This document shows positions 50,496 to 60,180 of a stretch of DNA of 64,000 nucleotides, in pieces. The translations under genes and the position numbers were made by a program. The stretch is taken from contig LAPX01000004.1 of the NCBI GenBank assembly GCA_001858525.1, positions 460,894-524,893 of the forward strand, given 5' to 3'. Under the pieces are notes generated by a model. That model was not told where the DNA came from. It searched no databases and worked only from the letters and a program-made list of their open reading frames with translations. The DNA comes from Vampirovibrio chlorellavorus (GTDB lineage: Bacteria; Cyanobacteriota; Vampirovibrionia; Vampirovibrionales; Vampirovibrionaceae). The stretch's first letter is position 1. Every line of letters begins with the position of its first letter.

Positions 50496-51284
50496 TTAAC
50501 TGTGCTTCCAAACCGGCGAACGCTTGTCCTGAAAGGCTTGCATCCCCTCTTTTTGATCCTCTGTGGCAAAACTCAGGTAAAACAACTTGCGCTCATAATC
50601 CAGCCCTTCTTCCAGAGTGGTTTCAAAAGCTTTCAGGATGGTTTTCTTGGCCAACTGCACCGCAATGGCCGGTTTTTCGGCAATGGTGTGGGCCATGGCT
50701 TTGGCCTCGGTCAGTACCTGATCATCTGCCACCACTTTGTTAATCAGCCCCATATCCAAAGCTTCCGCTGCCTTGAACGGGCGTCCGGTTAAAATCAATT
50801 CCATGGCCTTGGCTTTGCCCACCGCTCGGGTCAATCGCTGAGTGCCACCGGCCCCCGGAATGACCCCAATATTGATTTCCGGCTGACCAAATTTGGCGTT
50901 TTCACCGGCAATAATCAAATCACACATCATGGCCACTTCACAGCCACCACCCAGCGCATAGCCATTGACGGCGGCAATAATCGGTTTTTTGATGAGTCTG
51001 ATGCGATCCCAGACCGCCAAATCATCCTGACTCAGCATCTCTACAGCAGAAGCCTGAGCCATTTGCTTAATATCCGCTCCGGCGGCAAACGCTTTTTCTC
51101 CCCCGCTCACCACCACGCAGCCAATGGTGGCGTCTGCGTCCAGTGTTTCCAGCACCAGAATCAGTTCTCGCATCAACTCCCCATTCAGGGCATTCAACGC
51201 CTCTGGGCGATGCAGTTGTACCAAACCCACCCGTTGTTCCCGGTTGACCCGCACGTATTGCAGGGTGCCAAAAACGTCATCCAT
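50496..51284 (-). CDS. Enoyl-CoA hydratase
   Basis: AFAAGADI, ALGGGCE, GQPEI, PGAGGTQRL. Confidence 0.95.
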   Translation of the reverse strand: MDDVFGTLQYVRVNREQRVGLVQLHRPEALNALNGELMRELILVLETLDADATIGCVVVSGGEKAFAAGADIKQMAQASAVEMLSQDDLAVWDRIRLIKKPIIAAVNGYALGGGCEVAMMCDLIIAGENAKFGQPEINIGVIPGAGGTQRLTRAVGKAKAMELILTGRPFKAAEALDMGLINKVVADDQVLTEAKAMAHTIAEKPAIAVQLAKKTILKAFETTLEEGLDYERKLFYLSFATEDQKEGMQAFQDKRSPVWKHS

Positions 51285-51301
51285 GATAATTCATCATGTA
51301 A

Positions 51302-51679
51302 TTAGTTATCGCTCCCTCGGGTCATTTCAAAAATATCACCATTGGGAGATTCTTTGCGGATCCGATTGACGACTTCCGTGGGCGGAATGTCCTGGCCGGT
51401 CAGCATGCGGTGTAAATTCCGAATGAAACCACTGCCATAGGCCAAGGCCCGGGAGTCTTTTTTGTTGGTGACCAGTTCTATAATAGCGCTGTTTTCTTGG
51501 GCGCTGTTTTCCGGGCCACCGTTGGCTTGGTGATTTTGCTTGATGAAGACATCCAGGTCTTCACCAAATAAAACAGTGGAGTCTTTTTTGAGTCGATCAG
51601 CTTCCAATTGCTTGAGCACTTGTGGCTGAACGCCTGAAAATCGAAGGATTCGTTGTGATAACGGACTTAGAGGATCCAT
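51302..51679 (-). CDS. Hypothetical protein
   Basis: 125-aa ORF with SD AAGGA. Confidence 0.65.
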   Translation of the reverse strand: MDPLSPLSQRILRFSGVQPQVLKQLEADRLKKDSTVLFGEDLDVFIKQNHQANGGPENSAQENSAIIELVTNKKDSRALAYGSGFIRNLHRMLTGQDIPPTEVVNRIRKESPNGDIFEMTRGSDN

Positions 51680-52092
51680 CGGGATTTCCTTTTTAAGTTT
51701 GCTCTCTCTATTGCGTAGATCAATATCTGAAACAGACTACGGGATCACTCGTAGATGGAGAAAATTGGAATTATTCCGTTACAATTGCCCCGTTTTAGCA
51801 CCTGTTTTTTATGTTTTTAGAACCTAAAAGACCCTTTCCATGCTATTTTTCAGGTCTACAGCCCTACCTCTTTAACACTTTTAGTCGGAATTACTCAGTG
51901 CTGGATAACTTGGATCAAAATATCAACAGCTAATCAGTGTTTTTTATCCATAAAAAAATGTTCATTTAGATACCCCTATATTTTACATTTAAAAACATTT
52001 AAGTCAAACCCACTAAATTCATTATATCGGGGTCAGATCCGATTGTGGGGCTTTGCGAAGGACTGTAAAGATTCCGGCGGATCGATCCGGGA

Positions 52093-52977
52093 TCAAAGTC
52101 GACTGGGAAATCCATCCAGTTGATCGATCAGCGCGTTACAAAAGCGAGAGAGGTCTGCCTGTGTCAGATGAAAGGTCAGGTACTCGCTATTCAGGCGTTT
52201 GTCAGGCATGCTGCCCAATTCACTCAAACTCAGTGCGCATTGGCACAGATTATCAGGCTGTAAAGTCATCTCAATGCTGAAAACCGGCTCTAAAAAATCG
52301 GAGCGAAAATGGGTGATTTCTCCCGTGGCTATTTTTTGGCAGGCATTCAGCCAGTCCTCAATTTCATGTCGCAGTAAAAAAGCACCCTTATAGACTTTGG
52401 AGGCGCCCTTATGGTGGGTCACCGCCTGACAGACCAGCCATTCATCATACCGGGAGCAGGGGAACTGTCCGGTTTCCCACTTCAATACCTCAAACTCAAG
52501 TCCATGCTGGCCATCACTGGCGCGCAATACCGCGGGAGGGACTTCAGCGGTCTGGGTGGTGCTTGGCAGAGAGGCCGCTGGAGAGGGGCAAGCCGCCGGT
52601 GTTGCCGTGTATAGCTTTTGCTTGGAAATCAGGGCTTGGGTTAAGGTACCCTCGCCAATTTTTTGAATACCGTACCAGGCTTCCACCCGACTGATGACTT
52701 TGCGGGCCTTCACCTGGGTTACGGTGGAACCAATACGAACCGTGGCTCCCACGGGGGTGGCCGCCAGATGCTTTAAATCGATGTGATAACCCACACTTTC
52801 CTCATCCGGTTCCAGATAAGGCAAGACATGCTGCCGGGCGGCCCATTCCATATGGTTCAGCATACTGGCCGTGGCGTAAAGCGGATGAATCACCTGCGCC
52901 CCAAACTGTGGGCGCATGGCGTCGGTCACCTGAACAGAAAATTCAAAGTGGTGCCCCACCTGCAAGCCGGGTCTCAT
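52093..52977 (-). CDS. FlK-type hotdog thioesterase fused to a WapI-like domain
   Basis: LYATASM...MEWAAR, ESVG, HLAATPVG; a P/A/S/T linker; then EWL...FLEP. Confidence 0.7.
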   Translation of the reverse strand: MRPGLQVGHHFEFSVQVTDAMRPQFGAQVIHPLYATASMLNHMEWAARQHVLPYLEPDEESVGYHIDLKHLAATPVGATVRIGSTVTQVKARKVISRVEAWYGIQKIGEGTLTQALISKQKLYTATPAACPSPAASLPSTTQTAEVPPAVLRASDGQHGLEFEVLKWETGQFPCSRYDEWLVCQAVTHHKGASKVYKGAFLLRHEIEDWLNACQKIATGEITHFRSDFLEPVFSIEMTLQPDNLCQCALSLSELGSMPDKRLNSEYLTFHLTQADLSRFCNALIDQLDGFPSRL

Positions 52978-54293
52978 TAGCGTTTTCCTTTGGGGCTAGT
53001 GCTGCTTTGTTGTGGGGAGCGATAGGCTTCCGCCAAAACCGAGATAGGGTGCCGGACTTGCATGGGCAAATGCTGCGTTTCAATGCCTTTTTGCAATTGC
53101 AACATGCAGCCAGGGTTCCCGGTGACCACGGTGCTGGCGCCATTGGCCTGACAGGCGGTGGTCAGATGCGCCATCTTCTCCTGCAAAATTTCTCCGCTCA
53201 GTTCCGGGTGCTCCAGATTAAAAATGCCAGCGCTGCCGCAGCAGGCTTCCATCTGGGTCAGGGGCACCAGTTCCACACCGGGCACTTGGGCCAGCAGATC
53301 CATGGGCTCCTGTTTAACTTTTTGCACATGATAAAGATGGCAAGCGGCATGATAGGTGATTTTTTCATGCAGGCCGTAATTCTTGAAGGGAGCCAGCGGC
53401 TTTTTGGCCAACAGAGCCATCACATCAATCAATTTTTCAGAAAACTCCGCAGCTTGGGGCGCAATGCTGGAATCACCGGCCAGCAGTTTGCCGTAGTCCT
53501 TCATGGTCGATCCGCAGCCCGCCGAGTTGACCACAATCCATTGGGGATGAATGCTCAGGGTTTTGGTAATGAGATCTTTGGCCCGCTCGCGGGTAATGTC
53601 AGTGTCTCCGGCGTGGTGGGCCAAGGCCCCGCAACAGCTCTGCTCCGGAATCACCACCCAGTAACCATTGGCGGCCAGCGCTTCAATGGTATCCCAGTGC
53701 ACCGGATTGTAAAAAATGTCCATCACGCAGCCGGTCAGCAAGGCCACGGTTTCCCCGGCGGAATTGCCAAAACCCATGCCGGGGGTGAGGGCTCGGCGGG
53801 CTGGAATCTCGGGCAGTAAACTTTCCTGATGGGCCAGGGCTGGCGCTATCTTCAATAGGCCTAAACCCCGCACCAGCATTTGCAGTCCACTGCGCTGATA
53901 CAGTCTCAAGAACCGCCCACCCCAGACCAGTAAACGATGGTTGGGCAACACCCGGCTGAACACAAACCGTTTGAGTCGGCGGCTCAGGCTGTGATCCCGT
54001 TGGGCCAAATCCTCCCGGGTGCTCAGCAAAATATTGCCGTACTGCACCGCAGACGGGCAGACCGTTTCGCAGCCATGGCAGGCCAGACATTGATCCAGAT
54101 GGGGTTTAACCGCCTCTGGTTCCAGTTGGCCTTCCAGCAGTTTTTTCATCAGGTACAAACGCCCACGAGGCGATTCCGCTTCTGAGCCGGTGGCCTGATA
54201 GGTGGGGCAAGCTGGCAGGCAAATACCGCAGTGGATACAAGCCTTGAGCTTGTCCAGTTCCAGTTGCAGATGTGGCAGGGGTGTTTGGCTCAT
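52977..54293 (-). CDS. glcF: Glycolate oxidase Fe-S subunit
   Basis: CIHCGICLPACPT, SPRGR, two CCG domains. Confidence 0.93.
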   Translation of the reverse strand: MSQTPLPHLQLELDKLKACIHCGICLPACPTYQATGSEAESPRGRLYLMKKLLEGQLEPEAVKPHLDQCLACHGCETVCPSAVQYGNILLSTREDLAQRDHSLSRRLKRFVFSRVLPNHRLLVWGGRFLRLYQRSGLQMLVRGLGLLKIAPALAHQESLLPEIPARRALTPGMGFGNSAGETVALLTGCVMDIFYNPVHWDTIEALAANGYWVVIPEQSCCGALAHHAGDTDITRERAKDLITKTLSIHPQWIVVNSAGCGSTMKDYGKLLAGDSSIAPQAAEFSEKLIDVMALLAKKPLAPFKNYGLHEKITYHAACHLYHVQKVKQEPMDLLAQVPGVELVPLTQMEACCGSAGIFNLEHPELSGEILQEKMAHLTTACQANGASTVVTGNPGCMLQLQKGIETQHLPMQVRHPISVLAEAYRSPQQSSTSPKGKR

Positions 54294-54325
54294 ACGGCCT
54301 CTCAATACCTGGGCTGGGAGTCAGA

Positions 54326-55567
54326 TCAGGTTAAGGGTAACTGGGGCGCAAATAGGATGTTACTGGGATCATAGCTGTTTTTTAAACGCCGGAGCAAGTC
54401 CCGCACCGCATCATCCTGCGGCAAGTTGGCGTCGGCGTAAAGCCTCATGGCTTCCGAAGCGTTGGTCACATCGCCGGGAGCGATTTGCCTGATTTGCAGA
54501 AAGCCCTGATGGGCCTCTGCCTGCTCTTTTAAATAGCGCAAAGCGGCGAAGGGAAGCTGATCGGCAAACAGGTAAACCAGTCCGGCAGGCGGGCGCACTT
54601 GAATCCGCATGGCGCCAAGAGAGGGTTGCTTACTGACCTGACTCACAAAGCCCTGCCATTGGCTCAGGGGAAAGGCCGCTTCCAGAATGGTTTGCTGAGT
54701 TGGGAATTGTTGCAGATCAAACAGCAAGGCCTCTCCGCTGCGGGTGTCCAGCACTGTGGGAGAACCGACAAACTGTCCTGACAAGCTCGAGGCCTGAGCC
54801 TTCACAATGGCCTCATCTCCGGCCAGTTCAATCAGCAAGCGCCACTGGCCCTGATCCTGCTCCTGAAACAGTTCGCACACGCTGAGGGCCAGACTGCTGG
54901 AAAGCACTTGCTCCACCAGAGTAAAAGCACTGTTCAAAGAATCTGGCGACAAGCACCATTGCTGGCGTGTTTCAGGCAGGGCGGCCAGCTTGAGGGTCAC
55001 GGAAGTCAGCACCCCGAATTGATGGTAGCCGCCAATGTGCAGCTTGGCCAAATCGTAGCCGGTCACGTTTTTAACCACGTCCGCCCCGCTGATGGTCACT
55101 TGCCCATCCGGCGTGGCTAGTTCCGCCTTTAAGACATAGTCCCGTGGATAACCCCGCAAGCCGGTTTGTAGAGCTGGGCGTTCCTCCGCCAGAATTTGTC
55201 CAAGGGTCAGGCTGGGTGGATAGCTGAGCGGCAAGGTCTGCCGGTGCGGGGCCACGGTGGCCAGCAATTCCCGATAGGTCATGCCGCATTCCACCTGAAT
55301 GATGAAATCGGCCACGGAATGCTGACGTACCTGATTCAGGGCGGCGCAATCCAGCCACAGGGACTCGGGCAGTAAGGTGGCATCCGCTGGAGTCATGGCC
55401 ACTGGCTTATTCTGAGACTGAGCCCACTGCAAGAGCTTGGCCACCTGAGAGGCCTTCGTTGGGGTGAGCCTGAAGCCACTGCGGCCTTCAAATTCCCAAG
55501 GGCAGGCCAAGCCCATTTGCTGAAGGGCTTGGAGGCTTTGCACGGTTTCTGAGGTCTTTAAATCCAT
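54326..55567 (-). CDS. glcE: Glycolate oxidase FAD subunit
   Basis: VVKNVTGYDLAKL; lies between glcD and glcF. Confidence 0.85.
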   Translation of the reverse strand: MDLKTSETVQSLQALQQMGLACPWEFEGRSGFRLTPTKASQVAKLLQWAQSQNKPVAMTPADATLLPESLWLDCAALNQVRQHSVADFIIQVECGMTYRELLATVAPHRQTLPLSYPPSLTLGQILAEERPALQTGLRGYPRDYVLKAELATPDGQVTISGADVVKNVTGYDLAKLHIGGYHQFGVLTSVTLKLAALPETRQQWCLSPDSLNSAFTLVEQVLSSSLALSVCELFQEQDQGQWRLLIELAGDEAIVKAQASSLSGQFVGSPTVLDTRSGEALLFDLQQFPTQQTILEAAFPLSQWQGFVSQVSKQPSLGAMRIQVRPPAGLVYLFADQLPFAALRYLKEQAEAHQGFLQIRQIAPGDVTNASEAMRLYADANLPQDDAVRDLLRRLKNSYDPSNILFAPQLPLT

Positions 55568-57003
55568 AAACCCTCCCCGGTCAGCAAGGCCGGACTGATG
55601 GCATGGCGGGCTTCGCCGCAGGCCGTGCGCATGGGGAAAATTTTCTCCGGGTTGCACAGCCCCAAGGGATCCACGGTGCGTTTGAGCTGCCGCATTTTTT
55701 CCAGCGATTCCGGGGAAAATTGCAGGGGCATCAACTCTGATTTTTCAATGCCAATGCCATGCTCACCGCTTAAAGCGCCGCCCACCGCCAGACAAGCCTG
55801 TAAAATTTCCTCACCCGCTTGCATGGCCCGGCGCACCTGATCGGGAATGTCCGGATCAAACAGTACATGCGGGTGCAAGTTGCCATCGCCCGCATGGAAC
55901 ACGTTGCAGATAATGACCTCGTAGCGCTCGGCCACGGCGTAAATTTTTTCCAGCAGGTTCACCAACTGGCTGCGGGGAATGACTGTGTCATTCAGATAAA
56001 AGGCCGGGGCATAACGCCCATAAGCGGCCACTGTGGCTTTACGAGCTTTCCACAGGGCCAGGCGCTCGGCTTCGGTTTCACCGGTGCGTACCTGGCTAAC
56101 CCGGTGATCTTCCAGAATGGACAGTAACTTTTTTTCATCCTGCAACACCTGGGCGGCGGGACCATCCAGTTCAATCAGCAACACCGCTTCCGCGTCTTCC
56201 GGAAAGCCCACCTGAAAGGCCTGATTGACGGCGGTGACCGTGAAGGCATCCATAAACTCCAGCGCTGAAGGCACCAAGCCGCTGCGGATAATTCTGGCCA
56301 CCGTGCCCCCGGCATCGGCAACACTGTCAAAAGCGGCCAGATAGACCCGTACTTTTTCCGGCACCGGCGTTATTTTTACAATGGCCTGGGTGATGATGCC
56401 CAAAGTGCCTTCGGAGCCCACCATTAGGCCCACCAGATTGGGGCCATGGCTGCGGCGGTTCTGGCTGCCAATCCAGGTCAGCGATCCGTCGGGCAAGACC
56501 ATTTGCAGGGCCAGGACGTGATCGGTGGTGACCCCGTATTTAATACAGTGGATGCCCCCAGCGTTTTCGGCGATATTACCGCCTAAGGTACATGCGCTTT
56601 GCGAGGATGGATCGGGAGCGTAAAACAGGCCGTAAGGCTTTAAGGCGGTGTTCAGGCTGGCGTTGATCACCCCCACTTCCACAGTGGCCGTTCGGTTGGG
56701 CACATCGATTGCCACAATGCGGCTCAGGCGGTTCAGCCCGATTTGCACCCCACCTTGCATGGGCAAGGCTCCCCCGGATAAGCCGGTGCCAGCGCCCCTG
56801 GCCGTATAAGGAACCCCCGCCTGAATACAGGCCTGAACCACTTGGGCCACTTCTTCAGGGGTTTTAGGGAGGGCCACTATGTCCGGTTTTTTTTGAATCA
56901 GGGTGCAAGCATCACACTCGTAAGCCATCAATTCTTCGGGTTGATCCAGAACATATCTGGCCCCCAAAATACTGCGGAGGGTGTAAACCAAGGCTTGCGA
57001 CAT
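55558..57003 (-). CDS. glcD: Glycolate oxidase subunit D
   Basis: RGAGTGLSGG, PDPSS, HAGDGNLHP, GEHGIG. Confidence 0.93.
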   Translation of the reverse strand: MSQALVYTLRSILGARYVLDQPEELMAYECDACTLIQKKPDIVALPKTPEEVAQVVQACIQAGVPYTARGAGTGLSGGALPMQGGVQIGLNRLSRIVAIDVPNRTATVEVGVINASLNTALKPYGLFYAPDPSSQSACTLGGNIAENAGGIHCIKYGVTTDHVLALQMVLPDGSLTWIGSQNRRSHGPNLVGLMVGSEGTLGIITQAIVKITPVPEKVRVYLAAFDSVADAGGTVARIIRSGLVPSALEFMDAFTVTAVNQAFQVGFPEDAEAVLLIELDGPAAQVLQDEKKLLSILEDHRVSQVRTGETEAERLALWKARKATVAAYGRYAPAFYLNDTVIPRSQLVNLLEKIYAVAERYEVIICNVFHAGDGNLHPHVLFDPDIPDQVRRAMQAGEEILQACLAVGGALSGEHGIGIEKSELMPLQFSPESLEKMRQLKRTVDPLGLCNPEKIFPMRTACGEARHAISPALLTGEGLWI

Positions 57004-57014
57004 GGTGAAAAATC

Positions 57015-57227
57015 TCAGGATTTGAACAGGGCTTGATCGTTGGAAGGTTCATCCACATCAGGGGGCAAAACACGCTTGCGATCCTGATCGGACTTGGCAA
57101 ACAGGCGGCAATCCAGAAATCCGGCAAACCAGCCTAGACCCAGTAAAACCATCCAGCCATACTGATCGGGCGGATGACCGGTGCCTAATAAAGCGGCAAT
57201 TCCTAAGCAAAGCAATATAAAAAACAT
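57015..57227 (-). CDS. Small membrane protein
   Basis: Two hydrophobic segments; sits directly upstream of glcD. Confidence 0.45.
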   Translation of the reverse strand: MFFILLCLGIAALLGTGHPPDQYGWMVLLGLGWFAGFLDCRLFAKSDQDRKRVLPPDVDEPSNDQALFKS

Positions 57228-57344
57228 ACTGCTATTGTAGCTTTAAAAGGGACCGATGCAAATGTCGATTCCCCCGATCAGGCTTTCCTTCCATTGCCAA
57301 AATCCGCTAGAGTAGAAGGGTTCCCAATCATTGATTTTTAACCG

Positions 57345-57938
57345 ATGTCTGATTTGACCGACGCCAGCAATTTGCCCTGTACGGCGCATCCGCAAACGCT
57401 GACCCGCTTGCGCTGTACCGAGTGCGAAACCCCCATTTGCCCCCGGTGCATGGTGATGTATGAGGTGGGCTTTAAATGTCCGACTTGCGCCCGAAAGCGC
57501 CCCAATAGCCTTGAGCAAGTAAAGGCCAAACAGTGGTTGGCCGGGGGCTTCAGCAGTGTGGGTCTCGGTTGGCTATATGGCTGGTTGCATCCCGTTTTAA
57601 TGAGTGTGGGGTTGTTGTGGTTTTTTGGACTGCCGATACTGGCCGTATTGGTGGCGTATGCTTTGGGCAAGCAGGCGGGTTCGCTGGCCCATCGTGCAGC
57701 CGGCTACAAACGCCATCGGGGGTTGGCTTGGCTGGCTTTCAGCGGGGCTATTTTGGGGGCTTTGCTAGCCGCCCCCATTCAATCAGAATGGTGGATGCTG
57801 TGGACGGTTCTCAGCACCGCCTCCAACGATCCGGCTGTTTCAGGCACCTCCAGCACCTTGTATGTGCTGGGGCAAGGCTTGCGGCTGTTGGGCCTGTTTG
57901 GCTTTTTACGGGGATTCCGTCAGGCTTTTCGGGTTTAA
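57345..57938 (+). CDS. B-box-type zinc finger membrane protein
   Basis: CTAHP...CTEC...CPRC...CPTC followed by TM helices. Confidence 0.75.
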   Translation: MSDLTDASNLPCTAHPQTLTRLRCTECETPICPRCMVMYEVGFKCPTCARKRPNSLEQVKAKQWLAGGFSSVGLGWLYGWLHPVLMSVGLLWFFGLPILAVLVAYALGKQAGSLAHRAAGYKRHRGLAWLAFSGAILGALLAAPIQSEWWMLWTVLSTASNDPAVSGTSSTLYVLGQGLRLLGLFGFLRGFRQAFRV

Positions 57939-59071
57939 ACAGACTGGGGCTGATTGGTTTGCCATTCGGTCAGCATTTTTTCCAGTACCGTTTTATTGGC
58001 CTTGGGAAAGGCGTATTGGGGTAATTCATCGGGGGTGACCCAGCGCCAAGCTTGAGCCGCTTTGGGCTGCAAATCGCCACTGATGTATTGGCAATGATAA
58101 GCGTGCAAGGTGATTTTAAAATGGGTGTAGGCGTGTTTCACCGTTGTAATCAATTCGCCCACTTGCACATTAATGCCCAGCTCTTCCTCAATTTCTCGCA
58201 AGACCGTATCAGTCAGAGTCTCTCCAGCCTCCTGCTTGCCACCAGGAAATTCCCACAGGCCACCCAGCAAGCCGCCTTCCGGACGCTGCTGAATAAACAC
58301 CTGATTGTCTTTCCAAATCACCCCCACGGCAATGGTATGGTGCGGCGTTTTGGCCTTGGCCGCTTTTACCGGACGATCATGTTGAGTGCCTACATCGCAG
58401 GCCTGACAAAAGGATTTAACCGGGCATAGCAAACAACGGGGGTTTTGCGGTAGACACACCGTGGCCCCCAATTCCATAATGGCCTGATTGTATAAATGGG
58501 GTTCCTCGCTTTCCGAGAGCAATGTCTCCGAGGCCTGCCACATTTGGTTGATGACGGCGGTTTGCTGAACATCCTGATCAATATCAAAAATGCGGCTGAT
58601 CACCCGCTTGACGTTGCCATCTAATAAAGGATGTTTTTGCCCGTAAGCAAAAGTCAAAATGGCGCCCGCGGTACTGCGACCAATGCCGGGCAAGGCTTCC
58701 ACTTCTTCTAAGGTGTTGGGGAAAATACCGTTGTGTTTTTCCATAATCTGTTGGGCCGCTTTTTGCAGATTGCGACAGCGGGCGTAATAGCCCAGGCCCT
58801 CCCACAGTTTCATGACGTCATCTGGCGGGGCTTGGGCCAAGGCCTGAATGGTAGGATATTGGGCCAAAAAACGTCGGTAGTAATCCAGTACGGTTTTCAC
58901 CTGGGTTTGTTGCAGCATGATTTCTGACAGCCAGATGGCATACGGATCGGTGGTGTCCCGCCAGGGTAGCTCTCGATGATCCGCTTTGTACCAATCCGTT
59001 AAGGCTTGGGCGAATCCTGTTTTTAAACAAGGCGGGTTGACTTGGGAATGCATTGAAAACAACCGTTTCAT
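57935..59071 (-). CDS. mutY: A/G-specific adenine glycosylase with C-terminal Nudix domain
   Basis: SEIMLQQTQV, GLGYY, LPGIGRSTA, DGNVKR, Fe-S cysteines, Nudix box. Confidence 0.96.
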   Translation of the reverse strand: MKRLFSMHSQVNPPCLKTGFAQALTDWYKADHRELPWRDTTDPYAIWLSEIMLQQTQVKTVLDYYRRFLAQYPTIQALAQAPPDDVMKLWEGLGYYARCRNLQKAAQQIMEKHNGIFPNTLEEVEALPGIGRSTAGAILTFAYGQKHPLLDGNVKRVISRIFDIDQDVQQTAVINQMWQASETLLSESEEPHLYNQAIMELGATVCLPQNPRCLLCPVKSFCQACDVGTQHDRPVKAAKAKTPHHTIAVGVIWKDNQVFIQQRPEGGLLGGLWEFPGGKQEAGETLTDTVLREIEEELGINVQVGELITTVKHAYTHFKITLHAYHCQYISGDLQPKAAQAWRWVTPDELPQYAFPKANKTVLEKMLTEWQTNQPQSV

Positions 59072-59170
59072 ACAGAGACAATTCGCGAAGCGTAAAGCAT
59101 GCAGGCAAGTTTACTCAGGTTCATCATAGTGTTGAAAAGGGCTTTGGCAAGTGTTTTAACAATTGGCAAC

Positions 59171-59314
59171 AAAAGGCAATTAGAACCATTTGATTGTTTT
59201 TATTTTATCAAGTAAGCGTAAATTAAGAAATTTTTAGCAGGTCGTTATTAAAGTATTTAATTTTATTTCTTGAGAGTTGATTTGAAATTTTAGAGAGAGC
59301 GCAAATTAAGGAGA
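59171..59314 (+). repeat. Upstream region copy 1 (similar to 59901-59947 and 60101-60172)
   Basis: AAAAGGCAATT...CATTTGAwTGTTTTTATTTT...TAAGCGT and GTCG...ATTTAATT...TATTTCT...GAGCGCAAATTA(A)GGAGA occur before both paralogues. Confidence 0.75.
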
Positions 59315-59321
59315 AAGATTG

Positions 59322-59783
59322 ATGGCTTCATTAGGTTTAGGTGCAGGTCTTGGCGGTTATTCACCTTATGCTGCATTACGTCCCCCTGTTTATCCATTAG
59401 CGGCTGATGCGGCCGGACTGGGTGGAGTAGGCTCCACTGGTTTACTCGGTGGTTTAGGTGGAGCAGGTTCTGCCAGTTTATTGGGTGGGGCTCCCGCCGC
59501 AAGTCCTTTGAGTGCGGGAAGCGCTTTGGCGGGTCCTGGTGCCGCTGGTGGCGGCGATTCAATGGTTCAGTTAATGTCTGCAGTAGTTCAATTAATACAA
59601 GCTTGTATGACCCTGATGTCAGGTGGTGCGGCAGGGGCCAGTCCGTTTGGTGGTGCACTGGATGGTGCTAAACCTGGTGCTCCGGGTGCGCCTACTGGTG
59701 CTACGGGTAATACCGGAAATACCGGTGCTGCAGCAAAACCGCCCGCAGCGGCTGCCGGTGGTGGCGGTGGTGGTGGCTACTAG
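59322..59783 (+). CDS. Gly/Ala/Pro-rich harpin-like protein with short TGN repeats
   Basis: SD AAGGAG; helix MVQLMSAVVQLIQACMTLM; SPFGGAL; GAPTGATGNTGNTG. Confidence 0.75.
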   Translation: MASLGLGAGLGGYSPYAALRPPVYPLAADAAGLGGVGSTGLLGGLGGAGSASLLGGAPAASPLSAGSALAGPGAAGGGDSMVQLMSAVVQLIQACMTLMSGGAAGASPFGGALDGAKPGAPGAPTGATGNTGNTGAAAKPPAAAAGGGGGGGY

Positions 59784-59817
59784 GCCTCTTCTGTTCCGCA
59801 AAACCGCCTAAATTTAG

Positions 59818-59846
59818 AAAGCAGTCCTATTTTAGGGCTGCTTTTT
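59818..59846 (+). terminator. Intrinsic terminator
   Basis: AAAGCAGTCCTA-ttt-TAGGGCTGCTTTTT. Confidence 0.8.
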
Positions 59847-60180
59847 AGATGTTTTTTATTGAGTAGAAATTTTGCTTAAAATTTATAGAAATTAATTAAA
59901 AAAAGGCAATTCCTGGCATTTGAATGTTTTTATTTTGATATAAGCGTGGTGTCAATGTATCCCATCCAGCATTTGTCCGATGCGCGGAGTGCATTGACCG
60001 TAATGAGAGAGTTAATTGATTTTTAGATTTGAATTAAAAACACAGTCAATAAGATGAGTTTGAAAAGTATCAGGAATTCTTAGCCCCTTGGTTTGAATGA
60101 GTCGAATAACAGAATTTAATTTATTTCTAGTTTAGATCCAGTTTTTGAAAGAGATGAGCGCAAATTAGGAGAGTTAATCA

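Noticed and set aside
51680-52092. AT-rich intergenic region with several GATC sites and near-DnaA boxes (TTATCCATA), possible oriC
   Set aside because: No perfect TTATCCACA seen, no box cluster and no dnaA or dnaN nearby.
57345-57938. Rhomboid protease (B-box plus AFSGAILG)
   Set aside because: Too short, lacks GxSG and an obvious catalytic His.
59219-59248. Sigma-28 promoter for the harpin-like genes (GTCGTTAT, GTCGAATA)
   Set aside because: The -10 match is partial and the -35 spacing does not fit; kept only as part of the conserved block.
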